NCBI GenBank assembly: GCA_033763455.1 | Contig: JANRKO010000023.1 | Coordinates: forward strand, 256,001 to 320,000 | Length of the DNA: 64,000 nucleotides | Origin: Polyangiaceae bacterium | Lineage (GTDB): Bacteria > Myxococcota_A > Polyangia > Polyangiales > Polyangiaceae | Reading direction: 5' to 3' | Part shown: positions 9,781-20,593 of the stretch, piece after piece | Layout of the letters: the number at the start of each line of letters is the position of its first letter | Numbering within the stretch: the first letter of the stretch is position 1 | Position numbers and translations under genes: made by a program | The notes under the pieces: generated by a model | Seen by the model: the letters and a program-made list of their open reading frames with translations, nothing else | Told to the model about the DNA's origin: nothing | Databases searched by the model: none

Positions 9781-10760
9781 TGGGCCCCGTCTCGACAACG
9801 TGGACACTCGTGCGCGAGACCGTAACGCACAACTTTAGACTCAAAGTGTTCGCACTCTTGTTCTCGCTAGTGCTCTTTGCTTACTTTCATGGGCAGGGCG
9901 ATAACCACCAGCGTACGCTGCCCTTCGACGTGATAGCGCGCCTGCCACCGGATTCGGCCAAACGTGCGCTGGTAACGGCGTTGCCGTCAGCGATCCGTGT
10001 GACGTTGAAAGGGCCCGTGAGTACAGTCGATAGGCTGAGCCAGAACAGCAACCCGCTTGAAATTGACCTCAGAAACGGCACGCGCAGCAGCATCACCTTC
10101 GATGAAAGCTTGTTAGGGTTGCCACCCGATGTCACCGTCTTGCTCATCGATCCGCCGAGCATTGACCTCGAATGGCAGCCCGTGGTGGAACGCGAGGTCC
10201 CGCTGCAGGCTTCCATTACGGGTCAACCCGCTGAAGGCTTCGTTGTGAAAGGGGAACCGCAGATTTCTCCGTCCAAGCTGATTGCCACGGGGCCCTCTGG
10301 CGACGTTGAAGTCTTGCAGTTCGCCAATCTTGAGCCCTTCAACGTTACGGGCCTCGGGGAGGGCGTGTACCGGCGCCGCATCAAGCTGGATTCCGCGCCC
10401 GAACGCGTGAAATTCAGGGGATTATTGGCGCCCTCAGGCGATAACGCCAGCGTCGCGAACGTAACGGTAACCATAGCTCGCCGCATGAGCGAAATCCGAT
10501 TTGCTAATCGCCCTGTGAGCGTGGTGGGCGTGCCTGCAGGCTACTCGAATCCCGCGTACGTGGATGTCATCGTCACCGGCCCCCCAGAGGTTGTGCACGC
10601 ATTGCGGGCAGAGCAGGTGGTACCCCGCGCAGATGTTGGAGCACTCCCGGGGTTTGTCCTCAAGGAAAATAAGCGAGGCTCGCGAGCGGTGCGGCTCAGC
10701 GTTGATCTTGCGAAAGTTGAAGTTGAGGTTCAGCCGCCCACAGCCACCATTCGCTGGTGA
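9777..10760 (+). CDS. cdaR: CdaR/YbbR-like regulator of diadenylate cyclase
   Basis: N-terminal NFRLKVFALLFSLVLF anchor and repeated VTLKGP/IATGP/IVTGP YbbR motifs. ATGA overlap with cdaA. Confidence 0.85.
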   Translation: MMGPVSTTWTLVRETVTHNFRLKVFALLFSLVLFAYFHGQGDNHQRTLPFDVIARLPPDSAKRALVTALPSAIRVTLKGPVSTVDRLSQNSNPLEIDLRNGTRSSITFDESLLGLPPDVTVLLIDPPSIDLEWQPVVEREVPLQASITGQPAEGFVVKGEPQISPSKLIATGPSGDVEVLQFANLEPFNVTGLGEGVYRRRIKLDSAPERVKFRGLLAPSGDNASVANVTVTIARRMSEIRFANRPVSVVGVPAGYSNPAYVDVIVTGPPEVVHALRAEQVVPRADVGALPGFVLKENKRGSRAVRLSVDLAKVEVEVQPPTATIRW

Positions 10761-10797
10761 GCCTCCCGAAACGCCTCGGCCTCTTGAAAGCGTGACG

Positions 10798-11520
10798 TCA
10801 AAGAAAACGGACTTGGAGCCGCGAACGCGCATTCTGAAAGAATGCGCTGGCCGATGCCGCTAACCTGCGACCTATGTACCAACGCCTCACGGCTTCTTTC
10901 ACCTGTTCGAATGGCTGGTTGCGCAGGGGTTCGGGTGCCGACCTGTGAGCGGAAAGCAACTCCGACCGCTCAGGCTCTAACATCGGAGCGACCATACGAT
11001 GCAGATACAGGCTGGCGCGCGCCCGCCGCCTTAGAAGCCGAGCCACCTCCGCTGCCGAAATGCCCTCCGCCAGCTCCGCGCTCGCCAATGCTCCTGGCCC
11101 ACCCAACGCTTGTACCAATTGCACACGAGCGGCCTTGGTTTGTTGTGCAAGCTCCAGCGCTGTGGGCTCTGGATCAATTGGCAAGCGCGCCAGCAAGGTC
11201 TCTGCGATGTGTCGCTCCATGGCAACCACGATGTGCCGCTCGCGATACGGCTGGCCAAGGTGCACCTCAAAACCGGGATCTTCGAGGGCCTCTATGCGAG
11301 CTTCAAAGCTTAGCTCCCGCTCGAAAATAAACTCTGGACTTGCAACACCACCAATTTCGGGCGCGGTAAACCGAACTACCGCTCGATCCAAGTTCAAAAG
11401 ATCGGCGTGCGCGACCCTCGCTATGCCCGCTATTCCGAGTGCCGATGCGCCCGACAAGCTATACCGAATGAGCCCCCGTCGAGACAGGCGCTCCGCGCCG
11501 GCAAAGCTCCACTCCCGCAT
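10798..11520 (-). CDS. putative Tat-exported protein (possibly SurA-N-like helical domain)
   Basis: From the ATG at 11520 the protein begins MREWSFAGAERLSRRGLIRYSLSGASALGIAGIARVAHA, with a twin-Arg motif and AHA cleavage site. The longer ORF start would overlap the upstream gene. Confidence 0.6.
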   Translation of the reverse strand: MREWSFAGAERLSRRGLIRYSLSGASALGIAGIARVAHADLLNLDRAVVRFTAPEIGGVASPEFIFERELSFEARIEALEDPGFEVHLGQPYRERHIVVAMERHIAETLLARLPIDPEPTALELAQQTKAARVQLVQALGGPGALASAELAEGISAAEVARLLRRRARASLYLHRMVAPMLEPERSELLSAHRSAPEPLRNQPFEQVKEAVRRWYIGRRLAASASAFFQNARSRLQVRFL

Positions 11521-11530
11521 ACCTGCTCGC

Positions 11531-12268
11531 CTACTGGCTATCCCCATCTGACCCACCACGTGAGCTTGGGGGCTCTGAGCCGTCGGCGGATGGGCCACCG
11601 CCCGAAGTGCGATGCGCATAGCCCCGGGCCACTCTGCGAGCACGGGTGAATTCAGCGAATGTGGTGACCTTTTCAAGATCTCGCACCCCCATTTTCTGAA
11701 CGATCTCAGCAAGCTGTAGGCGCAATGCTTCGAGAGTCCGGCCTCTACGCCCATCCAGCTCAGCTTGGGAAACCGAGGACGTGTCTTTGAAGGGCGCCGC
11801 GGCCGAGGGCTCGGCCACCAGCCGAGGCACGGCGACCACCGAGTGCGCGCTCAGCCACGCCTCCAAAAATACACGGAGCCGTTCGCTGCGAAACGCAAAC
11901 CAACGTTCACGCTCCTCAACGTGTGCGACCAACGCGTCTTTGAAACGGCGAAACGCGCCCTTCCCATCAATGGCGGTTGCCAACATCTGCCGCAGCCCTT
12001 CGTCGAGCACCGTGGGGATAAAACGCTCCATCCAACGGTATTGCTCGCGCGAACTTACGGCTTCGACACGCAGGTAGTTATTATCGCCTGCAATGCGCGC
12101 ATGCATTTCAGGATCGGCGATACCATCCACCACCCGCAACACCTCGCCCGTTTCGAGGTGTAAATAGCTGTGCACCTCAGGCGCGTTGTTCTCAAACGCG
12201 TCTTCGAGCGCGTCCCAGTCCACGGGAACTTCACGCATCGGAGATTGGCCAGGCAGGGAGCTAGACAT
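11531..12268 (-). CDS. UPF0158 family protein
   Basis: Motifs VDWDALEDAF, YLHLETGEV, YRWMERF, AIDGKGAFRRFKDAL and WFAFR. Confidence 0.85.
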   Translation of the reverse strand: MSSSLPGQSPMREVPVDWDALEDAFENNAPEVHSYLHLETGEVLRVVDGIADPEMHARIAGDNNYLRVEAVSSREQYRWMERFIPTVLDEGLRQMLATAIDGKGAFRRFKDALVAHVEERERWFAFRSERLRVFLEAWLSAHSVVAVPRLVAEPSAAAPFKDTSSVSQAELDGRRGRTLEALRLQLAEIVQKMGVRDLEKVTTFAEFTRARRVARGYAHRTSGGGPSADGSEPPSSRGGSDGDSQ

Positions 12269-12277
12269 TGTCGTGGT

Positions 12278-13792
12278 TTAGTCTATCCGCTCGCCGCGCT
12301 CTGATGTCCGCAAAATGGCTCGCCCCCACTGGGCAAGCAACTTTTGTCGCGCTTCGGCTGCCAAGCTGGGCTCAAATCTGCGGTCGACCACCAACAACCG
12401 TGCGGCATCCTCCGGCCCTGAAAAGAGCCCCGCACCAATGCCTGCTAGCATGGCAGCACCGCGAGCCGTCGTCTCGAGTTCTCGCGGACGCTCGACCGAC
12501 ACCTGGGCAATATCCGCCTGGAGTTGCATCAGAAGGTTATTTTGAGAGGCTCCACCGTCGACTCGTAGCGTCTGGATGGGAGCCCCGAGGTCCTGACTCA
12601 TCGCCGCCAAGAGCTCGTGCACCTGGAGCGCCAAACCTTCCAGCGTCGCACGAGCCAAGTGGCCCCGCCCCGTTCCACGTGTGATCCCGGAGATCATCCC
12701 GCGCGCATCCGCATCCCAATGGGGAGCCCCAAGGCCAGCCAAGGCAGGCACGAACGTGACCCCGCCGTTGTCAGGCACGCTTGCCGCAAGCGCCTCCACC
12801 TCAGCGGCAGAACCGATAATGCCGAGGCCATCTCTCAGCCATTGGATGGCGGCTCCCGCTACGAAGCAACTGCCCTCAAGGGCGTACACCGGGACCTCGC
12901 TGAGCTGCCAAGCCAGTGTCGATAGTAACCCGTGGTGACTGACTGTGGGTGCGGAGCCCGTGTTCATCAGTACGAACGCGCCGGTGCCGTAGGTGCACTT
13001 TACCTGGCCGCTTTCGAAACAGCCCTGCCCAAACAACGCCGCGTGTTGATCCCCCGCCATGCCGGACACGGGGATGCCATCTGGCAAGCCGGGGACGCCC
13101 AAAGTGCGCGCAATGGGTGCGGCGTTCGGCACAATTCTCGGCAAAACCGCCATCGGAACTTGAAACAACTCGCACATGGAACGGTCCCACTCGCGCGCGG
13201 CCAAATTCATGAGCGAGGTGCGGCTGGCATTAGTAACGTCGGTAACGTGGGGCGCGTTCGCCACCGCTCCGCCCGCCAAGCGATACACCAAGTAGCTGTC
13301 TACAGTTCCAAAAGCGAGCTCACCCGCTTCTGCGCGCCCACGCGCGCCCGACACGTGATCTAGGATCCAGCGGATCTTCGTTGCTGAAAAATAAGGATCC
13401 AGCACCAGCCCCGTTGTGGCCCGCACACGCGCAAGCTCACCGCGCGCCCGAAGCTCATCACACCAGCCACTCGTGCGACGATCTTGCCAAACAATCGCAC
13501 GTTGCAGCGGCTTGCCCGAGGCACGTTCCCAAAGCAGCGTCGTTTCCCGTTGGTTGGTGATACCTATGGCGGCGATATCCGCGCCCTTTATTTGAGCGAC
13601 CCGAAGAGCCTCGCCCATCGATGAAACAACGCTTTGCCAGATCTCCTCCGGCTCATGCTCCACTTCTCCGGGATTGGGGAAGTGCTGGGGAAACTCGCAG
13701 GTGGCCCGCCCCAAGGTACGACCATCCAAGCCCAACACGAGCGCGGTAGAGCCGGTAGTTCCCTGATCGATTGCGAGTAGGTGCTGCGCCAC
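12278..13792 (-). CDS. glpK: glycerol kinase
   Basis: Motifs AIDQGTTGS, GITNQRET, WQDRR, DPYFSATK, TDVTNASRT, GDQHAALFG, KCTYGTG, LGAPHWD and RVDGGA. Confidence 0.95.
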   Translation of the reverse strand: MAQHLLAIDQGTTGSTALVLGLDGRTLGRATCEFPQHFPNPGEVEHEPEEIWQSVVSSMGEALRVAQIKGADIAAIGITNQRETTLLWERASGKPLQRAIVWQDRRTSGWCDELRARGELARVRATTGLVLDPYFSATKIRWILDHVSGARGRAEAGELAFGTVDSYLVYRLAGGAVANAPHVTDVTNASRTSLMNLAAREWDRSMCELFQVPMAVLPRIVPNAAPIARTLGVPGLPDGIPVSGMAGDQHAALFGQGCFESGQVKCTYGTGAFVLMNTGSAPTVSHHGLLSTLAWQLSEVPVYALEGSCFVAGAAIQWLRDGLGIIGSAAEVEALAASVPDNGGVTFVPALAGLGAPHWDADARGMISGITRGTGRGHLARATLEGLALQVHELLAAMSQDLGAPIQTLRVDGGASQNNLLMQLQADIAQVSVERPRELETTARGAAMLAGIGAGLFSGPEDAARLLVVDRRFEPSLAAEARQKLLAQWGRAILRTSERGERID

Positions 13793-13945
13793 GGGGCCAT
13801 CAGCCTACCAGACTGAACCCGGACGGATGGAGGCCTCCGCCAGCTTCCCGGCCAAAAAGGCCCCGGTTCGGCGACCTTTTGCCCATCTTCGAACGCGCCC
13901 CGGCAATGCTTGTCCCGACGCCGGGGCAGGGTTAGCCTCGGGACG

Positions 13946-15739
13946 ATGGCTCGTCTGCTCTTGATCACGCCCGAAGGGCAGCAAACGGTGGAACTGCGCG
14001 CGCACAACACCCTCGGACGTCACCCGAGCAACTCTGTCCAGCTGCTGGATAAGATCGTCTCGAAGGAGCACTGCATCGTCGAAAAGCGAGGCACTTCGTA
14101 CGTGCTGCGCGATCTTGGCAGCTTGAACGGAACCTATGTGAACGGCGAACGGGTCGTGGATGAACGGCCGCTACGTCATTCTGATGAAATTGCTCTCGGG
14201 ATGACGCGCGCTCGTTTCGAAGATGACCTCGGGACTTCCCCGGTACCGCCCCCCGCGGGAGGCTGGAATCCGGCACCTGTCCCACAACAGCCGATCGCTC
14301 AACCTCAACCTCAAACGTCAGCGCCAGCGCCGGGGTATGCGGTAGCAGGAGCAGGCGCACCTCCGATGTCGCCAGTATTTGGAGGCCCAGTTGGCTCACC
14401 ACTGCAGCCCATGGGTGGCACACGGGTAGACGTCACCGACAAGGCGCGGGCCATTGGCACGCAGATCGCGGCCATACAAAAAGGTTTCCTTCCGTACGAC
14501 CAACTCGCGCAAAACCCCGCACAGCTTTCCGCCGACTATGAACGCCTAAGGCTCTCGCATGAGCTTTCGCGGGAAATTGCCCTCGAGCGGGACCTGCCAA
14601 CCCTCCTGCAGAAGATCCTCCAAACGATCTTTCGCTTCGTGCGTGCCGATCGCGGCGTCCTGTTCTTGATGGACGACGGCGAGCTGATCCCCGGCGCGAG
14701 CCAGCGGCGCGACGGAACGGACCAGCCCATTCCTGTTTCGTCCACCATCATGAATCACGTCATCAAAGAGCGGGCCACGGTGCTCACGCACGACGCCGCG
14801 ATGGACTTTGCTGCGTCCAAAGGTAAGAGCATGATCCTCAATCGGATCAGCTCGGCCATCGTTGCGCCGCTTCTGCACAACGACGAAATCTTGGGCGTAC
14901 TCTGGCTGGATAGCGAGACACTCGCGCAGTTTCAGCCGAAAGACATGGAAATCGTGACGGCCATCGCCTCGCAGGCCGCGATGTTCATTGAGATTAATAT
15001 TCTGGCGAAGAAGATTGAGCGCGAAATCGTCAATCGCGAGCGCTTCAGCCGCTTGCTCTCGCCCAACGTGGCAGCCCGAGTGCTTTCAGGTGAGCTTGAG
15101 GTGAAGAAAGGCGGCCAGCTCGTCCAAGAGTGTACGATCTTCAATTCAGATATCCGCGGCTTCACGAGCATGAGCGAAAAAGCGGAACCTGGCGTGATCG
15201 TCGAGATGCTGAACGATTACTTCGAACACATGGTGGAGACTTTGTTCAAGTACGAGGGCACGCTCGATAAGTTTATGGGAGACGGCATTATGGCGCTTTG
15301 GGGCGCACCGGTGGCGCACCCAGACGATGCGCTCAGAGCTGTAAGCTGTGCGCTGGAGCAAATGGAGATCTTGGGCAAATTCAATCGCAAGCGAATCGAG
15401 ATGAATGTGCCGCCCTTGGCTGTTGGCATGGGCATCCACACGGGTCCTGTGGTTGCAGGCTACATCGGTAGCAGCCGAGCGCTTTCGTACACGGTAATTG
15501 GCGATGTTGCGAACACGAGTGCGCGTTTGTGTGGAGTCGCGGCAGGGGGGCAAATCCTCATCGGCGAGGCAACCCTGCGCAAGCTTGGCGGCAAATTCCA
15601 AGTGGAAGAGCTGCCCCCGGCTCAGCTCAAGAATAAAGAGAAGCCGTTTCGCGTCTTCAATCTCACGCGTATGGCGGCAACTGTCCAAGTGCCTGCCGTA
15701 GTTGGCGGAGCGCTCGGCACGGATGTTTCGCAAACGTAA
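13946..15739 (+). CDS. FHA-GAF-class III adenylate cyclase
   Basis: FHA motifs LGR, VSKEH and DLGSLNGT; a Pro-rich linker; a GAF domain; cyclase motifs SDIRGFT, DKFMGDG and YTVIGDVANTSARL (Lys/Thr specificity pair indicates ATP). Confidence 0.9.
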   Translation: MARLLLITPEGQQTVELRAHNTLGRHPSNSVQLLDKIVSKEHCIVEKRGTSYVLRDLGSLNGTYVNGERVVDERPLRHSDEIALGMTRARFEDDLGTSPVPPPAGGWNPAPVPQQPIAQPQPQTSAPAPGYAVAGAGAPPMSPVFGGPVGSPLQPMGGTRVDVTDKARAIGTQIAAIQKGFLPYDQLAQNPAQLSADYERLRLSHELSREIALERDLPTLLQKILQTIFRFVRADRGVLFLMDDGELIPGASQRRDGTDQPIPVSSTIMNHVIKERATVLTHDAAMDFAASKGKSMILNRISSAIVAPLLHNDEILGVLWLDSETLAQFQPKDMEIVTAIASQAAMFIEINILAKKIEREIVNRERFSRLLSPNVAARVLSGELEVKKGGQLVQECTIFNSDIRGFTSMSEKAEPGVIVEMLNDYFEHMVETLFKYEGTLDKFMGDGIMALWGAPVAHPDDALRAVSCALEQMEILGKFNRKRIEMNVPPLAVGMGIHTGPVVAGYIGSSRALSYTVIGDVANTSARLCGVAAGGQILIGEATLRKLGGKFQVEELPPAQLKNKEKPFRVFNLTRMAATVQVPAVVGGALGTDVSQT

Positions 15740-15944
15740 ACTCACCTAAGGTCCGTGGTTGACCTGGTGCGTAAGGCACGACACGCCACAATGGCGCGAA
15801 GTTCACTCGTCCTGCAAACGCACGTGCGTCAATGGTTGAACCACAGGCGACGCACTGCGCCAGAATCGACCGGGGAGGCTGCTGATATGCAGTCTCCGGT
15901 CTCGACGCCACCTGCGATTCAGGGCAAACGTTGGGCCGCTTTCC

Positions 15945-16895
15945 ATGGCGCATGTCCTCAGCTTTGAACAACCGGTCGTTGACCTCATCACTCGAGTGAG
16001 AGACCTGCGGCAGCTCGCAGAGCAAGATCAGACATTGAATCCCGAGCTTTCACGGCTTGAAGAGAAGGCGCACAAGCTCGCGCGCGAGATGTTCAGCAAC
16101 CTTGCGCCTATCAACAAGGTGCAGCTTTCGCGGCATCCTCAACGCCCGTATTCGCTCGATTACATTCGACGTCTGTTTGAAGACTGGTCCGAATTGCATG
16201 GTGATCGACGCTTTGCCGAAGATCATGCGATTGTAGGAGGGCTGGGGCGCTTTCATGGACGAAGCGTTATGGTGATTGGCCATCAAAAGGGCCGAACCAC
16301 CAAAGAGAACATGCATCGCAACTTCGGCATGCCCAATCCCGAGGGCTATCGCAAAGCCATCCGCCTTTACGAGATGGCTGATCGCTTTGGGCTCCCTATC
16401 ATCACGTTCGTAGACACTCCAGGTGCCTTCCCCGGCATCGGCGCCGAAGAGCGCGGGCAAAGCGAGGCCATTGCGGCAGCTCTTGAAGTAATGTCCAAGG
16501 TGGGGGTGCCCATCATCACGACGGTGATTGGCGAGGGTGGCTCGGGGGGTGCTTTGGCCCTCGCAGTAGCCAATCGGGTGCTGATTTTGGAATTTAGCTA
16601 CTATTCGGTGATATCGCCCGAGGGTTGCGCAGCCATCCTGTGGAAAAGCGCGGAGCATGCGGGGCTCGCCGCAGAGAGGCTCAAGATCACCGCTCCAAAC
16701 CTACTCGATCTGGGCGTGGTGGATCAGATTGTGGAAGAGCCGGCTGGGGGAGCTCACCAAGACCACGATCAAGCAGCTCAGAAGCTCGACGCGGCATTAC
16801 TGGACTCGCTGCGATCCCTGGAGTCGCTCTCGCCCGATCAGCTCCGCGACCACCGCTACCAACGCTTTCGCAAGCTCGGATCTTTCGTCGCCTAG
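15945..16895 (+). CDS. accA: acetyl-CoA carboxylase carboxyltransferase alpha subunit
   Basis: Motifs LSFEQP, RHPQRP, ELHGDR, NFGMPNPEGYRKA, DTPGAFPG, GEGGSGGA and YSVISPEGCA. Confidence 0.96.
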   Translation: MAHVLSFEQPVVDLITRVRDLRQLAEQDQTLNPELSRLEEKAHKLAREMFSNLAPINKVQLSRHPQRPYSLDYIRRLFEDWSELHGDRRFAEDHAIVGGLGRFHGRSVMVIGHQKGRTTKENMHRNFGMPNPEGYRKAIRLYEMADRFGLPIITFVDTPGAFPGIGAEERGQSEAIAAALEVMSKVGVPIITTVIGEGGSGGALALAVANRVLILEFSYYSVISPEGCAAILWKSAEHAGLAAERLKITAPNLLDLGVVDQIVEEPAGGAHQDHDQAAQKLDAALLDSLRSLESLSPDQLRDHRYQRFRKLGSFVA

Positions 16896-16905
16896 CCTCC
16901 CATAG

Positions 16906-18165
<1,260 letters not shown>

Positions 18166-18218
18166 GGCCCAAGGGGGCAGCCTCCGGGCTGCCCTTTACA
18201 GCTTCCCGCAGGGTTCCG

Positions 18219-19415
18219 ATGACAAGCTTCGCAGGCATTCGTTCGATTGAGGAGCTGAACCTTAAGGGAAGGCGCGTATTCATCCGGGTAGATTTTAATG
18301 TTCCCCTCGACAAAGAGTTGCAGGTAACCAACGATGAGCGGATCCGTGCGGCGCTGCCCACGTTGAAGTACGCCGTTGAGCAGGGGGCCAAGGTGATCTT
18401 GGCCTCCCACCTCGGCCGCCCCAAGGGGCGAGATCCGCGCACAAGCCTTGAGCCCGCTGGCGCACGGCTCTCGGAATTAACCGGGTGGGATGTGCTTTTG
18501 CCCGATGATTGCCTCGGGGATGCCGCCAAGAAGGTCGTGCAAGATTGCCGCGAGGGGCAGGTTGTGCTGCTCGAAAACCTGCGTTTTCACGCCGAAGAAG
18601 AAGCGAACGATGAAGGTTTTGCTCGCCAATTGAGCGAGCTCGCAGATGTGTATGTGAATGATGCCTTCGGCTCATCTCACCGAGCGCACGCTTCAGTAGA
18701 TGCGTTGCCCAGGCTCATGAGCGAACGTGGCATGGGCTTTCTGCTCAAGCGTGAGCTTGAGTCCTTGGGTCGAATAACGGGCTTGCCGGAGCGCCCGTTC
18801 GTCGTCATTTTGGGTGGCGCGAAAGTCTCCGATAAGATTAAGGTGATTGAAGAGTTGCTCGGCCGTTGCGACGCGCTCTGCATAGGCGGGGCCATGGCCA
18901 ATACCCTGCTTGCAGCACGCGGCGTGAACCTGCAAGCTTCCCGGATCGAACAGGATTGGTTGGCACGCGGGCGAACGCTCATTGAGCAGGCGCGGGATAA
19001 AGGCGTAGCGCTCCTTCTGCCGACAGATGTTGTGGTGGGCAAACGCCTAGATGATACTCAGGGCGAAGTCGTGAAGGTGGGTGCCATTCCAGCGGGCACC
19101 ATGGCGCTCGACGTCGGGCCCGAGACAGTGGCAGCCTTTTCGGCGCAGATCGCGGGCGCCAAAACGGTGCTCTGGAACGGGCCCATGGGGTACTTCGAAA
19201 ACCTGGCTTTCGCGTCCGGCACCAGCGGGCTTGCCCAAGCGCTGGCCAATTCTTCGGCATTTTCCGTCGTCGGTGGCGGCGATAGCGTAGCCGCCGTTAT
19301 GCAGGCAGGTGACGCCGTGGTCAGCAAAATCGGGCATATCTCCACCGGTGGCGGCGCTTCCCTAGAATTGCTCGAAGGTCGAAAGCTACCCGGCGTGGAA
19401 GCCCTCCGAGCATGA
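18219..19415 (+). CDS. pgk: phosphoglycerate kinase
   Basis: Motifs RVDFNVP, SHLGRP, LENLRF, NDAFG, GGAKVSDK, WNGPMG, GGGDS and HISTGGGAS. Confidence 0.97.
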   Translation: MTSFAGIRSIEELNLKGRRVFIRVDFNVPLDKELQVTNDERIRAALPTLKYAVEQGAKVILASHLGRPKGRDPRTSLEPAGARLSELTGWDVLLPDDCLGDAAKKVVQDCREGQVVLLENLRFHAEEEANDEGFARQLSELADVYVNDAFGSSHRAHASVDALPRLMSERGMGFLLKRELESLGRITGLPERPFVVILGGAKVSDKIKVIEELLGRCDALCIGGAMANTLLAARGVNLQASRIEQDWLARGRTLIEQARDKGVALLLPTDVVVGKRLDDTQGEVVKVGAIPAGTMALDVGPETVAAFSAQIAGAKTVLWNGPMGYFENLAFASGTSGLAQALANSSAFSVVGGGDSVAAVMQAGDAVVSKIGHISTGGGASLELLEGRKLPGVEALRA

Positions 19416-19478
19416 ATATTTTGCCATCGCGCCCATAGCCCTCACCGATCTAGATCCAAAGCCCCAAAAAGGAACCCC

Positions 19479-20234
19479 ATGAGCCGTATCCCCCTTATCG
19501 CAGGTAACTGGAAACTTAATCACGGCGGGGCTAGCGCCTGTGAGCTAGCAGCCAAGGTGGCTGAGGCTGCGAAATCCGCAAAGGGCGTTGAAGTGGTAGT
19601 AGCTCCGCCGTTCACGGCGCTGGCCGCAGTGGCCGAAGAGGTACGCGGCACGCCCGTACAGGTTTCAGCGCAGAACCTCTATCCCAAAGATTCGGGCGCC
19701 TTCACCGGCGAAGTGAGCGCGCCGATGCTGTTAGAGTCTGGTTGCGCTTGGGTCATTCTTGGGCATAGCGAGCGGCGGCAGATCTTCAAAGAGGATGATG
19801 CGCTCGTGAGTGCCAAAACGGCTGCCGCGCTTGCCGCCGGCCTTCGCCCCATCGTGTGCATCGGGGAAACGCTGGAGGAGCGCGAGGCCAACCGAACCCT
19901 GGAAGTGGTATTTCGGCAGATGGATGCCTTCTCCGAGCAACTCAAGGCGAACCCTGGTTTTGGGGTGATTGCCTACGAGCCCGTCTGGGCCATCGGCACG
20001 GGCAAGGTGGCTAGCCCCGAACAGGTTCAGGAAGTGCACGGAGCCATCCGGAGCCGCTTGAAGCAGCTGAGCCCGGAAGTGGCGGAAAAGACCCGCGTTC
20101 TTTATGGCGGCAGTGTAAAGTCCAGCAACGCCAAGGGCCTGTTGAGCCTCCCGGACGTGGATGGCGCCCTCGTTGGGGGAGCTTCCCTCGACGCGGCGGA
20201 TTTCGCCGGTATTATCCAGGCCGCCCAAGGTTGA
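19479..20234 (+). CDS. tpiA: triosephosphate isomerase
   Basis: Motifs AGNWK, GAFTGEVS, GHSERR, AYEPVWAIGTG, YGGSV and VGGASL. Confidence 0.97.
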   Translation: MSRIPLIAGNWKLNHGGASACELAAKVAEAAKSAKGVEVVVAPPFTALAAVAEEVRGTPVQVSAQNLYPKDSGAFTGEVSAPMLLESGCAWVILGHSERRQIFKEDDALVSAKTAAALAAGLRPIVCIGETLEEREANRTLEVVFRQMDAFSEQLKANPGFGVIAYEPVWAIGTGKVASPEQVQEVHGAIRSRLKQLSPEVAEKTRVLYGGSVKSSNAKGLLSLPDVDGALVGGASLDAADFAGIIQAAQG

Positions 20235-20238
20235 GCCC

Positions 20239-20586
20239 ATGTCCGAACTACTCCGCACTCCTTTCACCGTCGTTCACGTGGTGGCCTGCCTTTTCCTCAT
20301 GCTGGTCATCTTGATCCAGCCCGGCAAAAGCGGCGGCATGGGGGCGTTAACAAGTGGTGCGGCCCAGCAAGTGTTCGGCGGGGGCGGCGCCGGGAATCTA
20401 CTGACCAAGGTGACCTGGATCACCGGCGGCATCTTCTTCATCACGAGCGTGTCGTTGGCTTACATGTCAACCTCGAGCGATTCCTCTCTGGAACGCCGCG
20501 CAGCCGCAGCTCGCAACGCGGGTACATCGAAAGACAAAGCTCCCGCCAAAAAGTCTGAGCCCGAGAAGAAGCCGCCAACGAAGTAG
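20239..20586 (+). CDS. secG: preprotein translocase subunit SecG
   Basis: Two TM helices with ILIQPGKSGGMG...VFGGGGAGNLLTKVT; canonical position after tpiA. Confidence 0.9.
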   Translation: MSELLRTPFTVVHVVACLFLMLVILIQPGKSGGMGALTSGAAQQVFGGGGAGNLLTKVTWITGGIFFITSVSLAYMSTSSDSSLERRAAAARNAGTSKDKAPAKKSEPEKKPPTK

Positions 20587-20593
20587 TTACTTC

